Notes: a model not told the origin generated them from the letters alone. Shown: positions 40,201-55,414, counted from the first letter of the stretch. The stretch: 64,000 bases of DNA from an uncultured Gammaproteobacteria bacterium (GCA_963714975.1 CAVQQD010000002.1:704001-768000), one strand, 5' to 3'. Made by a program: numbers and translations.

Positions 40201-41339
40201 ATGCTTTGGAATCTATTTAAACAGAATGGTGAGAAAAACGTGCCCCAAGGGCCTCCGGATTTAGATGCTTTATTGCGGCAATATAAAAATAAATTGTTAG
40301 CCGCTCTTCGTGGTAAAAAACCAGGAGGTTATGGCGCTAGTACTCCTTCTGGGAAGGGGGGGGGGGTCATGATGGCGATTGTAATTTTGGTTGCAATAAT
40401 AGTCTGGGCGCTACTCGGTATTTTTATCGTCTCCCCGGCAGAAAGAGCGGTAATCCTTCGGTTTGGTCGTTACGTCGAAACAGTCGGCTCAGGCCCGCAT
40501 TGGATCCCCTTATTCATTGAGTCTAAACGCCTCGTGAATGTCCAGCGCGTTTCCAATTTTAAATATGAAGCAGAAATGCTCACCAAAGATGAAAACATTG
40601 TTTCGGTTGCAGTGGCTGTCCAATATCGAGTCGATAATGCCCGAGACTTTCTCTTCAATGCGGTGGATCCAGATATCGGTTTACAACAGGCTATTGCCAG
40701 TGCTTTGCGTCAAGCTGTGGGTCACAATACCTTGGATGATCTACTGACTACAGGTCGTCAACAAGTTCGTGAACAAATGGCCGTGCAGTTGCGACAAATC
40801 CTCTCCAATTATCATTCAGGATTATTAATCACTGACGTAACCTTACAATCCATTCGGCCTCCCGAAGAAGTCACCGATGCTTTTGACGATGCTGTGAAAG
40901 CCCGAGAAGACCAACAATCTTACATTAATAAAGCGGATGCTTATGCCAAGCAGGTGAGTGCTACTGCTCAGGGTCAAATAGCACGCTTATCACAAGAAGC
41001 TGAGGCAGCCAAAAAACAAATTGTCCTTGAAGCCCAAGCTAGTACAGCCCAGTACTTGGCCTTATTGCCAGAATATCAAAGATCCCCCCAAATCATGAAG
41101 GTACGTCTCTATTTTGGTACTTTACAAGAAGTATTCGCTCAAACTCCAAAGTTATTTTGGGATCAACGAAACGCTGGACCATTAATTTTTTCTTTTGATA
41201 AGCTCGCTCAAGCGGCCAGTATGCTTTCTACTGAAACTTCAGCTACTTCTGAGAATGCAAAAGCCTCTTTATTGAACTCGCTTACTAACCTGCCAAGTCA
41301 GCCAGGGCCTGCAAGATTTCCGTCACGAGGAGCGAATCC

Positions 41340-41343
<4 letters not shown>
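40201..41343 (+). CDS. hflK: FtsH modulator HflK
   Basis: QGPPDLD, SPFH domain MLTKDENIV, PPEEV..AFDD. Confidence 0.95.
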
Positions 41344-43860
<2,517 letters not shown>

Positions 43861-43884
43861 GGGATAAGACTGATAACCTAATGT

Positions 43885-43971
43885 TGGTGCCGAGGAGAGG
43901 ACTCGAACCTCCACAGGGTTTCCCCCACAAGTACCTGAAACTTGCGTGTCTACCAATTTCACCACCTCGGC
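43885..43971 (-). tRNA. tRNA-Leu(CAG)
   Basis: GCCGAGGTGGTGAAATTGGTAGAC..caagt-tt-CAG-gt-acttg, long variable arm, ..CCA. Confidence 0.95.
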
Positions 43972-44036
43972 TTGTTTTTACCCCCTCTCCCACCTTCCCT
44001 TGCTGGCGCCCGCGTGGGGGAGAGGGAGTAAAGCTC

Positions 44037-44327
44037 TTATCGGGTCGGCCTTATTGGACCGGATCCATTATGAATTTTGACTTCATCACAATGGTAAAAA
44101 TCATATTCCTTATACAAAGCAGCGTCAGTTGCAGGTGTATAAGGCAACCCATTAGGTGGACTTGGTGGATTAGTCACATTATCATTCATGATGATGTCTT
44201 GACTTATGGTATCACAGATTGTGCTGCGTTGATCAATAGGAATTACACTTGGTTTAGACGCACAACTAACCACGAGCAGAGGGATACTTAAAATAGCGAA
44301 ATAAACCGACTTGGGTTTGAGAAGCAT
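44037..44327 (-). CDS. Small putative lipoprotein
   Basis: Signal peptide with lipobox-like LVVSC; AAGGA RBS. Confidence 0.65.
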   Translation of the reverse strand: MLLKPKSVYFAILSIPLLVVSCASKPSVIPIDQRSTICDTISQDIIMNDNVTNPPSPPNGLPYTPATDAALYKEYDFYHCDEVKIHNGSGPIRPTR

Positions 44328-44407
44328 GGGTAAATCCTTCAGTCATTATTGTTAAAAAGAGGGTGCTAACTTTAGCACTTCCAATTGGTTATTTCATTAT
44401 AGTTCAT

Positions 44408-45196
44408 ATGATCACTGGCGCTTTAAAAAAAATGACGACAGCTTTGCAAACTCCTGTCGCCTATTATTTATCCTTAAATCAAGAGTTGATATTACTTAAC
44501 TCTTACCTCAACCAGGAAATTCATCTTCGGTATTTAGGGGAAATTTATTGTATTCAGTGTGGGCGCAAAACGCCTAAAAGTTTTCAGCAAGGACATTGTT
44601 TTCCATGTTATCGGCGTTTGCTGGAATGTAATTTATGCGTCATTCATCCGGAAAAATGTCTTGGGTTGCTGACTCATTGTAATCAGCCCCATGTGGTTTA
44701 CTTGGCTAATTCTTCTGGACTTAAAGTAGGGATTACTCGTGAAGCTCACGTTCCTAGTCGTTGGATTGATCAAGGAGCGACACAAGGTTTAGTGATATTT
44801 AAAACTCAAAACCGCTATCAGGCGGGGGTTATAGAGCAGGTTTTGAAACAATATGTCGCAGATAAAACCAAGTGGCAGGTGATGTTGAAATCACATAACC
44901 AAGATTTATTGTTATCTGAAAAACGTGATGAAATTTGGGCGCAAGCCAAGCCTATCCTAGATAATACAGTCCAGCAGTTTCCTTTGGACATTGAAAGTGT
45001 AACCCATGCAGAAATGATCTCCATTCACTATCCGATTCTGGAATTTCCGCAAAAAATTACGACTTTTAATTTAGATAAGAACCCGCTAGTAGAAGGCCTA
45101 TTAAAAGGGATTAAAGGCCAATACCTAATCCTAGATACTGGTGTGATCTCCATCCGCAAGTTTGCTGGCTATGCTGTGGAGTGGCGTGCAGAATAA
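44408..45196 (+). CDS. DUF2797-like conserved protein
   Basis: CxxCG..T.KSF.QG.CFPC, KVGITR, RWIDQGA, GIKGQYL. Confidence 0.85.
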   Translation: MITGALKKMTTALQTPVAYYLSLNQELILLNSYLNQEIHLRYLGEIYCIQCGRKTPKSFQQGHCFPCYRRLLECNLCVIHPEKCLGLLTHCNQPHVVYLANSSGLKVGITREAHVPSRWIDQGATQGLVIFKTQNRYQAGVIEQVLKQYVADKTKWQVMLKSHNQDLLLSEKRDEIWAQAKPILDNTVQQFPLDIESVTHAEMISIHYPILEFPQKITTFNLDKNPLVEGLLKGIKGQYLILDTGVISIRKFAGYAVEWRAE

Positions 45197-45244
45197 CTCC
45201 GCGGTAACTTGAGCCTGGCGATCCCGGCCGTAGCATCAGGCGTA

Positions 45245-45313
45245 GTCATTTGACCGACGGGTGCTGCAGCGGCAGGACCCGTCCGGGGAGCAGGGCTGCA
45301 GCGGGAATTGCTG
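45245..45313. repeat. Palindromic element, same family as 23390 and 57187
   Basis: gtcatttgaccgacgggtg..gcggcaggacccgtc..cagcgggaattgctg. Confidence 0.85.
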
Positions 45314-45391
45314 ACAGGTTGCCAGCGTGGTAGGCGAGGTGATAATCTTATATAAAAGTTAATGATACAATCCAATTATTGAGGAAAAATT

Positions 45392-45931
45392 ATGAGTTTC
45401 ACCAATATTACTGCTGGGCAAAATCCACCAGATGAAATCAATGCTGTGATTGAAATTCCAGCCAATAGTAGTCCCGTCAAATACGAAATGGACAAGAAAA
45501 TCGGGGTGCTTAATGTCGACCGCTTCTTGAGCACGGCAATGTTCTATCCTTGCAACTATGGATATATCCCCCAAACCCTATCTGAAGACGGCGACCCTTT
45601 AGACGTCCTCGTGATTACCCCGATCCCACTCATCCATTGGTCAGTGATCCGTTGCCGTCCAGTCGGAATGCTGAATATGACAGACGAAGCAGGGATAGAT
45701 GCCAAATTATTGGCAGTACCTATCGATAAACTAACTCCTGCTTATCGTCATATTAAAACTATCGAAGACGTACCGCGGGAAGAGCTAGCAAAAATTGCTC
45801 ATTTTTTTGAGAATTATAAAGCCCTAGAAGCTGGGAAATGGGTAAAAGTAGAAAATTGGCAGGGAATAAAAGAAGCCAAAAACGAGATTATGCAAAGTAT
45901 CGAGCGCTACAAGACACATTCTGGAGAGTAA
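45392..45931 (+). CDS. ppa: Inorganic pyrophosphatase
   Basis: YPCNYG, DGDPLDV, DEAG.DAK. Confidence 0.97.
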   Translation: MSFTNITAGQNPPDEINAVIEIPANSSPVKYEMDKKIGVLNVDRFLSTAMFYPCNYGYIPQTLSEDGDPLDVLVITPIPLIHWSVIRCRPVGMLNMTDEAGIDAKLLAVPIDKLTPAYRHIKTIEDVPREELAKIAHFFENYKALEAGKWVKVENWQGIKEAKNEIMQSIERYKTHSGE

Positions 45932-45936
45932 GATTA

Positions 45937-48900
45937 ATGAGCCCCTTTATTTTTTCTGATGAATTGCTACCACTGACCCCGCTGCGCAAGGCGATTAATG
46001 CTGCTTATCACCAAGATGAGGCAGCTTGTTTAGAAGTCCTCCTTAAAGCGGCGGAGCTTCCAGAAATGCTCCTGGAGAAAATTAGACACGCAGCGGAACG
46101 GTTAGTGATTTCTGTTCGGGAGCAACGCTTAGGCAAAGGGGGGCTCGATGCTTTTTTATACCAATATGACCTTTCTACTGAAGAAGGCATAGCCCTAATG
46201 TGTTTGGCCGAGGCGACTCTGCGAGTTCCTGATCGCCGATACCATCGATCGATTAATTAAAGACAAAATTGCGACTGCCGATTGGGAGTCTCATCGTGGG
46301 AAAAGCGACTCTTATTTTGTCAATGCCGCAAGCTGGGCGCTAATGCTTACTGGCAAGATCTTGGCGCCGGAGCAAACCAGTGCAGGTTATTTTGGTCCAA
46401 TCCTCAAAAATTTCTTAAAAAAGGCCGGTGAGCCAGTCGTTCGTAAAGCAGTTGGACAGGCCATGCGCATTATGGGTAAGCAATTTGTCATGGGAATCGA
46501 TATTCAAGATGCCCTAGTACGTTCACGAAAAGAAGAAAAAGAGGGCTATCGTTTTTCCTATGATATGTTAGGCGAGGCAGCACGCACCCAAGAAGATGCC
46601 GATCGTTATTTTGAAGAATACCAAAAAGCCATTGCTGCCATTATAAAAGCAGAACGAGGCAAAGATGTGCTCCGCAGTGCTGGTATTTCTGTGAAACTTT
46701 CTGCGTTATATCCTCGCTACGAAGTAGCCCAGCGCCAATTTTGTCTTCCGGCATTAATTGATCGGTTGCGCGCTTTAGCTTTACAAGCTAAAGAGGGTAC
46801 TATTGGGTTAACGGTGGATGCCGAAGAAGCGGATCGTCTCGATTTATCCCTGGATATTATTGAAGTTGTGGCTCAAGATTCAGCCCTAAGTGGTTGGGAT
46901 GGCTTTGGTTTAGCAGTTCAGGCTTATCAAAAACGTGCCTTCTATGTGATCGATTGGTTAGCGGCTTTAGCCAGAAAAACCCAATGTCGAATCATGGTCC
47001 GGTTAGTGAAAGGCGCCTATTGGGATTACGAGATTAAAGACAGCCAAGTGAAAGGATTAGAGAATTATCCGGTTTTCACCCGCAAGGTCAATACCGATGT
47101 TTCTTATCTGGCTTGCGCCAAGAAATTAATCGAATATGGAGATATTTTTTATCCACAATTTGCTACCCATAATGCCTATACCGTAGCTGCAGTGCTGGCC
47201 ATGATGGGGGAGCGGCGTGATTTTGAATTTCAATGCTTAAGAGGCATGGGTCGTGCTTTGTATGATCAAGTAGTTTCTACCGATCAAAAATGCGATTGCT
47301 TGTCGCATCTATGCTCCCGTGGGCAAGCACGAAGATTTACTGCCTTATTTAGTCCGCCGCTTATTGGAAAATGGCGCGAACTCCTCGTTTGTGAATCGAA
47401 TTGTTGATGAAAAAACTCCAATTGCCGAGTTGGTCGAACATCCAGTGCAAAAAATACGCGGATTAGCCAGCAAAACCCACCCGCGCATTCCTTTGCCAAG
47501 TGCCCTTTATGGAGAAGAGCGTCGAAATTCCAGTGGTATAGATCTCTCAGATATGGAACAACTTACTGATCTTGCTCATGCCATGAATAAAACTCAAGGA
47601 ATGGCTTGGATAGCGGCGCCGACTATTGGCAAATCATTAGCCGACGTACAAGCCTCGAATACCCATCGTAAAGTGACGAGTCCCAATAATCGCAGCGAGG
47701 AAGTAGGGACAGTATTAATGTCGACTAAAGAAGATTTGGAACTGGCTTTAACCCGGGCCACCCAAGCGGCTGCAGATTGGGATCGAGTTTCGGTCGACAA
47801 AAGAGCGGCGTATTTGGAAAAGTTGGGAGAGTTGTTTGAGATTAATAAGGCGGAATTGATGGCCTTGTTGGTTCAGGAGGGAGGGAAAGCTATTCCCGAT
47901 GCGCAGGGTGAGGTACGTGAGGCGATTGATTATTGTCGTTATTATGCGCTAATGGCGCGGGAAACTTTAAGTCCTAAAAACCTACCAGGCCCCACTGGCG
48001 AAACTAACCAACTTTTCATGCATGGCCGTGGGGTTTTTTTATGTATTAGTCCTTGGAATTTCCCTTTAGCTATTTTTTCAGGCCAAGTACTCGCTGCTTT
48101 AGCGGCAGGAAATTGTGTAATTGCCAAACCTGCAGAACAAACGTCGTTAATTGCGGCGAAAGCAGTGGCTTTAATGCATGAAGCGGGTATCCCTTCTTCT
48201 GTAGTACAGCTGCTGCCAGGTAAGGGTTCTGTGATCGGAGCGGCAGCAGTAGCCGATGAACGAGTGCAAGGAGTAATGCTCACGGGTTCCACGGAAACGG
48301 CCCGCATGATTAATCAGAATTTAGCCCAACGTCACGGGCCGCTTGTGCCATTAATTGCTGAAACAGGTGGGCAAAATGCGATGATCGCAGATTCAACAGC
48401 TTTGCCGGAGCAGTTGGTGATGGATGTGGTGATGTCGGCCTTTAATAGTGCCGGCCAACGTTGTTCTGCTGTGCGAGTATTATATGTTCAAGATGAGGTG
48501 GCAGATCGCATTATCAAGATGTTAAAAGGAGCCATGGCGGAATTAAAAATGGGGTTGCCTGGTCTTTTAGCGACGGATGTCGGGCCGGTTATTGATGAAA
48601 ATTCTCGATCCTCGCTTGAGGCTCATGTGGCACGGATGGACCGGGAAGCTAAACTCATTTTTGCGGTCCCGTTGCCCAAAGAGGCAGAATATGGCTCTTA
48701 TTTCGCACCACGGGCTTATGAAATACCGCGGCTTAGCCTGTTAACCAATGAAGTATTTGGTCCGATTCTGCATGTAATTCGTTATAGTCAAAGCAATTTA
48801 GCTCAGGTGATTGCTGATATTAATGCCACTGGGTTTGGTTTAACTTTTGGAGTCCACAGTCGAATCAACAGTACGGTTGAATATATTACTAGCCGAATTC

Positions 48901-49100
48901 ATGCGGGTAATGCTTACGTCAATCGCAATATGATTGGAGCAGTAGTGGGAGTCCAACCTTTTGGCGGTGAGGGCTTATCGGGAACCGGCCCCAAGGCCGG
49001 AGGCCCGCATTACTTATTGCGCCTCTGTCATGAACGTACCTTATCAATCAATACCGCTGCCGCTGGCGGAAACGCCAGCCTAATGTCGATGGGCGACTAG
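45937..49100 (+). pseudogene. putA: Bifunctional proline dehydrogenase / P5C dehydrogenase with two +1 frameshifts (pseudogene or sequence error)
   Basis: EGIALMCLAE, SYDMLGE, RLVKGAYW, RRLLENGANSSF, GEVREA.D, GTGPKAGG; extra C at 46234 and extra A in the 47286-47290 run. Confidence 0.9.
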
Positions 49101-49153
49101 GGGGGGGCCCCTCGGGCCGGCCGGGGCGGGGGGGGCGAGGTGGCTGAGCTGGG

Positions 49154-49229
49154 TGGCGCCCCGGGCAGGACTCGAACCTGCGACCTATCCCTTAGGAGGG
49201 GATCGCGCTATCCTCTGTGCCACCGGGGC
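49154..49229 (-). tRNA. tRNA-Arg(CCT)
   Basis: GCCCCGGTGGCAC..atccc-ct-CCT-aa-gggat..GGTTCGAGTCC..CCA. Confidence 0.92.
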
Positions 49230-49307
49230 AAAGCATCGAAATGATATTTTATTTGACCTGGTAAGTAAATCATACCAAAATGCTGCAAGCAAAACATTAG
49301 GGCCAAT

Positions 49308-49392
49308 GCGAGAGTGGCGGAACTGGTAGACGCGCTGGATTTAGGTTCCAGTAGGGCAACCTGTGAGAGTTCGAGTCTCTCCTTTCGCACCA
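49308..49392 (+). tRNA. tRNA-Leu(TAG)
   Basis: GCGAGAGTGGCGGAACTGGTAGAC..ctgga-tt-TAG-gt-tccag..CCA; usual position upstream of tig. Confidence 0.95.
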
Positions 49393-49421
49393 TAATCAAT
49401 ACGAGGTAACAGAGGTAATTC

Positions 49422-50762
49422 ATGTCTGATGTAAGATTAGAGGTAACGTTAAAAGAAATTAAAGGTCTTGAGCGCAAGATGACGGTATCTGTGCCGGCTG
49501 AAGAGGTAGATAAGAAAGTGCATAAACGCTTACTGGAAATAGCCCCCAAGGTAAAACTGGCAGGCTTTAGACCAGGCAAGGTGCCAATGGCTCGTTTGCA
49601 ACAACTCTATGGTGAGTCGGTGCGTAATGAAGTGATCTCTGAGGTGATTCGGAAGAGCTATGAGGATGCTCTCTCGCAGGAAAAATTAGTCCCAGTCGGT
49701 CCTCCCAAAATGCAAATTATCACTAATGTTAATGGCAAGCCTTTAGAATATGAGGTGCTATTTGAAATCTTTCCCCCTATGGAATTCAAAGACTTAACTG
49801 GTGTTGAAGTGAAAAAACTTCAAGTGGAAATTGCCGACGAAGATGTCAATAAAATGGTTCAAAAGCTGCAGGAGCAGCAAGCAGAATGGCTGCCCAATAT
49901 CGAAGCTGCTAAATTAGGTGACCGTGTTAACATTGATTTTGAGGGTCAAGTGGATGGTGCCGCTTTTGAAGGGGGATCGGGTAAAAATGTCACCCTTATT
50001 TTAGGTAGTCATACGGCTATTCCAGGATTTGAAGAGGGTTTAGTGGGGCATAAGGCTGGTGAAGAAGTTCAACTTACCTTGGAGTTTCCTCAAACTTACC
50101 CTAATGAAGAATTGGCCGGTAAAACCACCCAAATTTCCGTGCAGGTGCATCAGGTAATGTCTCCCAAACTGGCCGAAGCTTCTGCATTACCAGCCAAACT
50201 GGGCATTGCCGATGGTGGAATCGAAAAATTAAAGCAAGAAGTACGTGACAACATGGAAAAAGACTTAGAACAAACCATAAAAAATCGGGTTAAAGAACAA
50301 ATAGTTGAGGCTATATTAGCTAGAAATCCTGTTGAACTGCCTAAAATACTGATAGCAGCCGAACTAGAAAACATCAAGAAGCAGACGGAGGAATTGAATT
50401 CTCAAGGTGCAGGAATCAAGATCACTCCCAAGCTGGAACAGCAATGGCTAGAGACAGCTCGAAGACGGGTGGGTTTAAGCTTAATTTTTCGAGAATTTAT
50501 TACTTTCCATCAGATGAGAGCTAATCCTACCCGAGTACAGACTCTGCTGCGTCAAATGGCTGCCCCTTATAAAGACCCAGAAAGTGTCATCCAATGGTAT
50601 CGCAGCAATCCAGAGCAACTGGCTATGATTGAGGCTCTTGCTTTAGAAGAACAAATCATCGAGCAATTGATGAAGCAAGTTACTATCGTCCCAGAAGCAA
50701 TAAAATACCCGGATTTATTAAGTAAAAACAAAACTCAACCACAGGATGAACCAATGCTATGA
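49422..50762 (+). CDS. tig: Trigger factor
   Basis: [25 protein letters not shown]. Confidence 0.95.
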   Translation: MSDVRLEVTLKEIKGLERKMTVSVPAEEVDKKVHKRLLEIAPKVKLAGFRPGKVPMARLQQLYGESVRNEVISEVIRKSYEDALSQEKLVPVGPPKMQIITNVNGKPLEYEVLFEIFPPMEFKDLTGVEVKKLQVEIADEDVNKMVQKLQEQQAEWLPNIEAAKLGDRVNIDFEGQVDGAAFEGGSGKNVTLILGSHTAIPGFEEGLVGHKAGEEVQLTLEFPQTYPNEELAGKTTQISVQVHQVMSPKLAEASALPAKLGIADGGIEKLKQEVRDNMEKDLEQTIKNRVKEQIVEAILARNPVELPKILIAAELENIKKQTEELNSQGAGIKITPKLEQQWLETARRRVGLSLIFREFITFHQMRANPTRVQTLLRQMAAPYKDPESVIQWYRSNPEQLAMIEALALEEQIIEQLMKQVTIVPEAIKYPDLLSKNKTQPQDEPML

Positions 50763-51382
50763 TAAATACCCAACGTAATAGTGCCCTGACGACACACGCT
50801 CAATTAGTTCCCATGGTCGTTGAACAAACAGCTCGAGGGGAGCGGGCCTACGATATTTATTCGCGTTTATTGAAGGATCGAGTGGTATTTTTAGTAGGAG
50901 AAATTGAGCCCCACATGGCTAATTTAATTGTGGCGCAATTCCTTTTTCTAGAAGCAGAGAATCCTGACAAGGATATTTCGCTGTATATTAATTCCCCAGG
51001 AGGTTCGGTAAGCGCCGCCTTGTCTATTTATGACACCATGCAATTTATTAAGCCGGATGTCAGTACCTTGTGTATTGGACAAGCCGCTAGTGCAGGCGCC
51101 TTGCTATTAGCTTCTGGGGCGGCTAAGAAGCGCTTTTGCTTGCCTCATGCTACGGTGATGATTCATCAGGTATTGGGTGGTTTTCAGGGGCAAGCTGCTG
51201 ATATCGAGATCCAGGCTCGAGAAACCCTAAGGATTGGCTCCTTGGTTAATGAAATATTATCTAAGCATACCGGCAAAACCCTGCCAGAGCTTAAGCAGGA
51301 CACCGACCGGGATTATTTCTTACCTGCACAGGAGGCTGTGGCCTATGGATTGGTTGATGAGGTGATTGAACGGCGGAAATAG
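50759..51382 (+). CDS. clpP: ClpP protease proteolytic subunit
   Basis: [24 protein letters not shown]. Confidence 0.97.
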   Translation: MINTQRNSALTTHAQLVPMVVEQTARGERAYDIYSRLLKDRVVFLVGEIEPHMANLIVAQFLFLEAENPDKDISLYINSPGGSVSAALSIYDTMQFIKPDVSTLCIGQAASAGALLLASGAAKKRFCLPHATVMIHQVLGGFQGQAADIEIQARETLRIGSLVNEILSKHTGKTLPELKQDTDRDYFLPAQEAVAYGLVDEVIERRK

Positions 51383-51524
51383 GGACTGTTTACAATTCGC
51401 TAGGCTGAGCTGTAGGTTGCTGATTTTTTGCGATCCGTTGCTCACATACTGGCGTGTATGCTGCGCTACGGTTCTCAAAAATCATCAACCTACAGCTCAG
51501 CCTAGCGAATTGTAAACAGTCCCT
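51381..51524. mobile_element. MITE-like element with perfect 39-bp terminal inverted repeats
   Basis: agggactgtttacaattcgctaggctgagctgtaggttg ... caacctacagctcagcctagcgaattgtaaacagtccct. Confidence 0.85.
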
Positions 51525-51615
51525 TTTGATTGAATTATATGATTGAACTAGTTGAAATATCAAACAAGGCCCCCCATGTACTATACTTTGACTGTAGATC
51601 TATTAGGTGAGAATT

Positions 51616-52875
51616 ATGGCAGATAAAGAGAAGCTTCCTTGTTGCTCTTTTTGTGGAAAATCCAAAAAAGAGGTACAGAAGCTAATTTCAGGTCCTTCCG
51701 TATTTGTATGTAACGAGTGTGTCAAGCTCTGTACAGACATCATTCGCGAAGAAGAACAAGCTGCGGCAGCGGCGGTTGCTCCTGATCCTCAAGAGAAACT
51801 GGTTACCCCCATCGAAATAAAAAACTTCCTTGATGAGTACATTATTGGCCAGGGGGCTGCTAAAAAAGCCCTTGCGGTAGCCGTGTACAACCATTACAAA
51901 CGTCTTTATAGCCGGGTTGCGAGTGAGGATGTGGAGTTAGGAAAAAGTAATATTTTACTTATTGGGCCCACCGGGAGTGGTAAAACTTTGTTAGCTGAAA
52001 CCTTAGCTAGATTGCTTAATGTTCCTTTTGCCATTGCGGATGCCACTACTTTAACTGAAGCAGGCTATGTGGGTGAAGATGTTGAAAATATTCTTCATAA
52101 ATTATTGCAAAATTGCGAATACAAAGTTGACAAAGCCCAAGCTGGGATTATTTATATTGATGAAATTGATAAAATTGCTCGTAAATCAGAGAATCCTTCG
52201 ATCACTCGCGATGTTTCAGGTGAGGGAGTGCAGCAGGCCCTACTAAAATTGGTGGAAGGGACTATTGCTTCGATTCCTCCGCATGGTGGGCGAAAACATC
52301 CGCAGCAAGAATTTTTACAAATTAATACCAAAAACATTTTATTTATTTGTGGAGGAGCTTTTTCTGATTTGGATCGGATTATTCGTGCTCGGACTGAAAA
52401 AGGTGGTATTGGTTTTTCAGCCGAAGTGCATAGTAAGGAAAATAAACGAGTTGTAAGCGAAACATTACAATTAGTTGAACCTGAAGATCTGATCAAATAT
52501 GGTTTAATTCCAGAGTTTGTTGGGCGCTTGCCAGTGCTTGCTACTTTGGATGATTTAGATGTTGATCATTTAGTGCGTATCCTGACTGAGCCACGCAATG
52601 CCTTAACTAAGCAGTATGCAAAACTATTTCAAATGGAAAATGTCGAATTAGAATTTTCTGAGTCTTCCCTGCGTGCTGTAGCTAAAAAAGCCATGGATAG
52701 AAAAGCAGGCGCGAGGGGTCTGCGTTCTATTTTAGAACATGTTTTATTAGAAGTGATGTATAGTTTGCCCTCAATGGAAAATGTGGCAAAAGTAGTAATT
52801 GATGAATCGGTTATTTTAGGGGAATCAGAGCCCTTATTGCTTTACAGGCAAGATACACCCCCGCAAGCCGCGTGA
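51616..52875 (+). CDS. clpX: ClpX ATPase
   Basis: CSFCGK Zn finger, [21 protein letters not shown] loop. Confidence 0.98.
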   Translation: MADKEKLPCCSFCGKSKKEVQKLISGPSVFVCNECVKLCTDIIREEEQAAAAAVAPDPQEKLVTPIEIKNFLDEYIIGQGAAKKALAVAVYNHYKRLYSRVASEDVELGKSNILLIGPTGSGKTLLAETLARLLNVPFAIADATTLTEAGYVGEDVENILHKLLQNCEYKVDKAQAGIIYIDEIDKIARKSENPSITRDVSGEGVQQALLKLVEGTIASIPPHGGRKHPQQEFLQINTKNILFICGGAFSDLDRIIRARTEKGGIGFSAEVHSKENKRVVSETLQLVEPEDLIKYGLIPEFVGRLPVLATLDDLDVDHLVRILTEPRNALTKQYAKLFQMENVELEFSESSLRAVAKKAMDRKAGARGLRSILEHVLLEVMYSLPSMENVAKVVIDESVILGESEPLLLYRQDTPPQAA

Positions 52876-52990
52876 ATTATTTAGACTGCGCTCGTGGAAT
52901 GAATCCACGGGCTTGCCCAAGGGGGAGAATGGCATCTCTCCCCCTTGGTAATCCCCATTGCTTTGTCCATGGATAAGTGAGTAGACAATT

Positions 52991-55414
52991 ATGGCTAGTT
53001 CAGAACTGGATACCGATAAAATAATTGAAATCCCGGTATTACCACTGCGGGATGTGGTGGTATACCCTCACATGGTTATTCCCTTGTTTGTGGGTCGGCA
53101 AAAATCGATCAAAGCCCTCAAAGTTGCGATGGAGCACACCAAGCAGGTATTTTTAGTAGCACAAAAAAATGCTTCTTTGGAGGTTCCAGAAAGTAAAGAT
53201 TTTTATACGGCAGGGACCATTGCAACCATCATGCAATTATTGGAATTACCTGATGGAACAATCAAAGTATTGGTGGAGGGGAATAGTCGGGGTAGCGCCC
53301 AAGAATATACCATGACTGAAGATTTTTTCATGGCAGTTGTTGAATCCACTGCAGATGAGCCAATCACTCGATCAGCAGAAGTTGAAGTAGTTGCGCGCAC
53401 TTTATTTAATCAGTTTGATCAATATATAAAACTCAATAAAAAAATTCCAGCAGAAATTTTATCTACCCTTGCTGCTGTGGAAGATTTGGGGCGTTTAGCC
53501 GATACTGTTGCTGCTCACATGTCATTAAAGGTAGAAGATAAGCAAAAAATCTTAGAGCAAACTAAGATTAAGCAACGTTTGGCAATAGTTTTAGAACTGC
53601 TAGGCAAGGAAATTGAGCTCTTGCAGATAGAGAGGAAAATTCAGTCCCGAGTCAAGAAACGGATGGAAAAGGGCCAACGTGATTATTATCTCAACGAAAA
53701 GCTTAAGGCGATCCAAGATGAATTGGGTGAAGAAAGCGGAGACGAGAAATTAAAGGAAAAAATTGCAAAAGCAGGAATGACTCCTGAAGCTAAAGAAAAA
53801 GCCATAGCAGAACTCAATAAATTAAAGATGATGCCTGCCATGTCCGCAGAAGCAACCGTGTCGCGTAATTATTTAGATTGGTTGTTGGCAATGCCTTGGA
53901 AAAATCAAACTAAAGTCAGTCACGATTTGCGCAGGGCTCAAGAAATTTTGGATAAAGAACATTATGGCTTAGAAAAAGTCAAAGAACGCATTATTGAATT
54001 TTTAGCGGTACAAACCCGAGTGAAAAAAGTCAAAGGACCTATCTTGTGTTTAGTCGGGCCTCCTGGAGTTGGAAAAACCTCTTTAGGACAATCGATTGCT
54101 AACGCTACGGGTCGAGAATTTATTCGCATGTCTTTAGGCGGAGTGCGGGATGAAGCAGAAATTCGTGGTCATCGACGTACTTATATTGGCTCCATGCCGG
54201 GGCGCGTAATTCAAAAATTAGCCAAGACGAAAGTACGTAATCCATTATTTATGTTGGATGAAGTCGATAAAATGGCCATGGATTTTCGGGGGGATCCTGC
54301 TGCTGCTTTACTAGAGGTGCTCGACCCAGAACAAAACCATTCCTTTAATGATCACTATCTTGATCTCGATTATGATTTATCGCATGTGATGTTTATAGCC
54401 ACAGCAAATTCATTGGACATTCCAGATCCGTTGCTCGATCGTATGGAAGTGATCAGAATCCCCGGTTATACGGAAGATGAAAAGTTAAACATAGCTTTGC
54501 AATATTTGCTGTCTAAGCAAATTAAAGACAGCGGGTTAAAACCATCAGAAATTAAAGTCACTTCTGGTGCTATACGTGACATAATTCGTTATTATACTCG
54601 GGAAGCCGGGGTACGTAGCCTTGAGCGCGAAATTTCGAAGATTTGTCGCAAAGTTGTGAAAGAAGTACTGTTGAGAAAGGGTAAAAAGGCGCGATTACAG
54701 GTCACTTCACGTAACTTAGAGCATTATTTAGGGATCAAAAAGTTTCGTTTTGGCGTTGCTGATGAACGTGATGAAATAGGGCAGGTGACTGGCCTAGCAT
54801 GGACTGAGGTCGGCGGCGAATTACTTAAAATAGAAGCCTCTGTTGTTCCTGGAAAGGGCAAATCTACTTATACCGGCCGATTGGGAGATGTTATGCAAGA
54901 ATCAATCCAAGCGGCGGTTACCGTAGTGCGTAGTCGCTGCCGCATTTTAGGCATTCCAGAAGATTTTTATCAAAATAAAGATATTCATATTCATGTCCCC
55001 GAGGGAGCAACTCCCAAAGATGGCCCCAGCGCCGGGATTGGGATGTGCACGGCCTTGGTATCAGCATTAACGGGCATTCCAGTAAAAGCCAATGTGGCTA
55101 TGACCGGAGAAATAACTTTGCGTGGTGAGGTATTACCGATTGGCGGGCTGAAGGAAAAATTATTGGCGGCATTGCGTGGAGGCATTCAGAGTGTCATTAT
55201 TCCGACAGAAAATATGAAAGATATGAAAGAGATGCCAGCCAATATTATCGAGCATCTTGAAATCCATCCGGTTCGCTGGATAGATCAAGTATTAGGAGTT
55301 GCCTTACAACGTATGCCAGAACCTCTTACGGATGAAACTTTATCGAAAGAAGCAATAGTTATTAGTGGCATCCATAGTAAATCTAAAAGAAAATCCGAAA
55401 GTGCAAGACATTGA
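52991..55414 (+). CDS. lon: Lon protease
   Basis: LPLRDVVVYP, GPPGVGKTS, PKDGPSAG. Confidence 0.98.
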   Translation: MASSELDTDKIIEIPVLPLRDVVVYPHMVIPLFVGRQKSIKALKVAMEHTKQVFLVAQKNASLEVPESKDFYTAGTIATIMQLLELPDGTIKVLVEGNSRGSAQEYTMTEDFFMAVVESTADEPITRSAEVEVVARTLFNQFDQYIKLNKKIPAEILSTLAAVEDLGRLADTVAAHMSLKVEDKQKILEQTKIKQRLAIVLELLGKEIELLQIERKIQSRVKKRMEKGQRDYYLNEKLKAIQDELGEESGDEKLKEKIAKAGMTPEAKEKAIAELNKLKMMPAMSAEATVSRNYLDWLLAMPWKNQTKVSHDLRRAQEILDKEHYGLEKVKERIIEFLAVQTRVKKVKGPILCLVGPPGVGKTSLGQSIANATGREFIRMSLGGVRDEAEIRGHRRTYIGSMPGRVIQKLAKTKVRNPLFMLDEVDKMAMDFRGDPAAALLEVLDPEQNHSFNDHYLDLDYDLSHVMFIATANSLDIPDPLLDRMEVIRIPGYTEDEKLNIALQYLLSKQIKDSGLKPSEIKVTSGAIRDIIRYYTREAGVRSLEREISKICRKVVKEVLLRKGKKARLQVTSRNLEHYLGIKKFRFGVADERDEIGQVTGLAWTEVGGELLKIEASVVPGKGKSTYTGRLGDVMQESIQAAVTVVRSRCRILGIPEDFYQNKDIHIHVPEGATPKDGPSAGIGMCTALVSALTGIPVKANVAMTGEITLRGEVLPIGGLKEKLLAALRGGIQSVIIPTENMKDMKEMPANIIEHLEIHPVRWIDQVLGVALQRMPEPLTDETLSKEAIVISGIHSKSKRKSESARH

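Noticed and set aside
49101-49150. G-rich tract as a G-quadruplex or terminator
   Set aside because: Atypical composition next to a doubly frameshifted gene suggests low-quality consensus.
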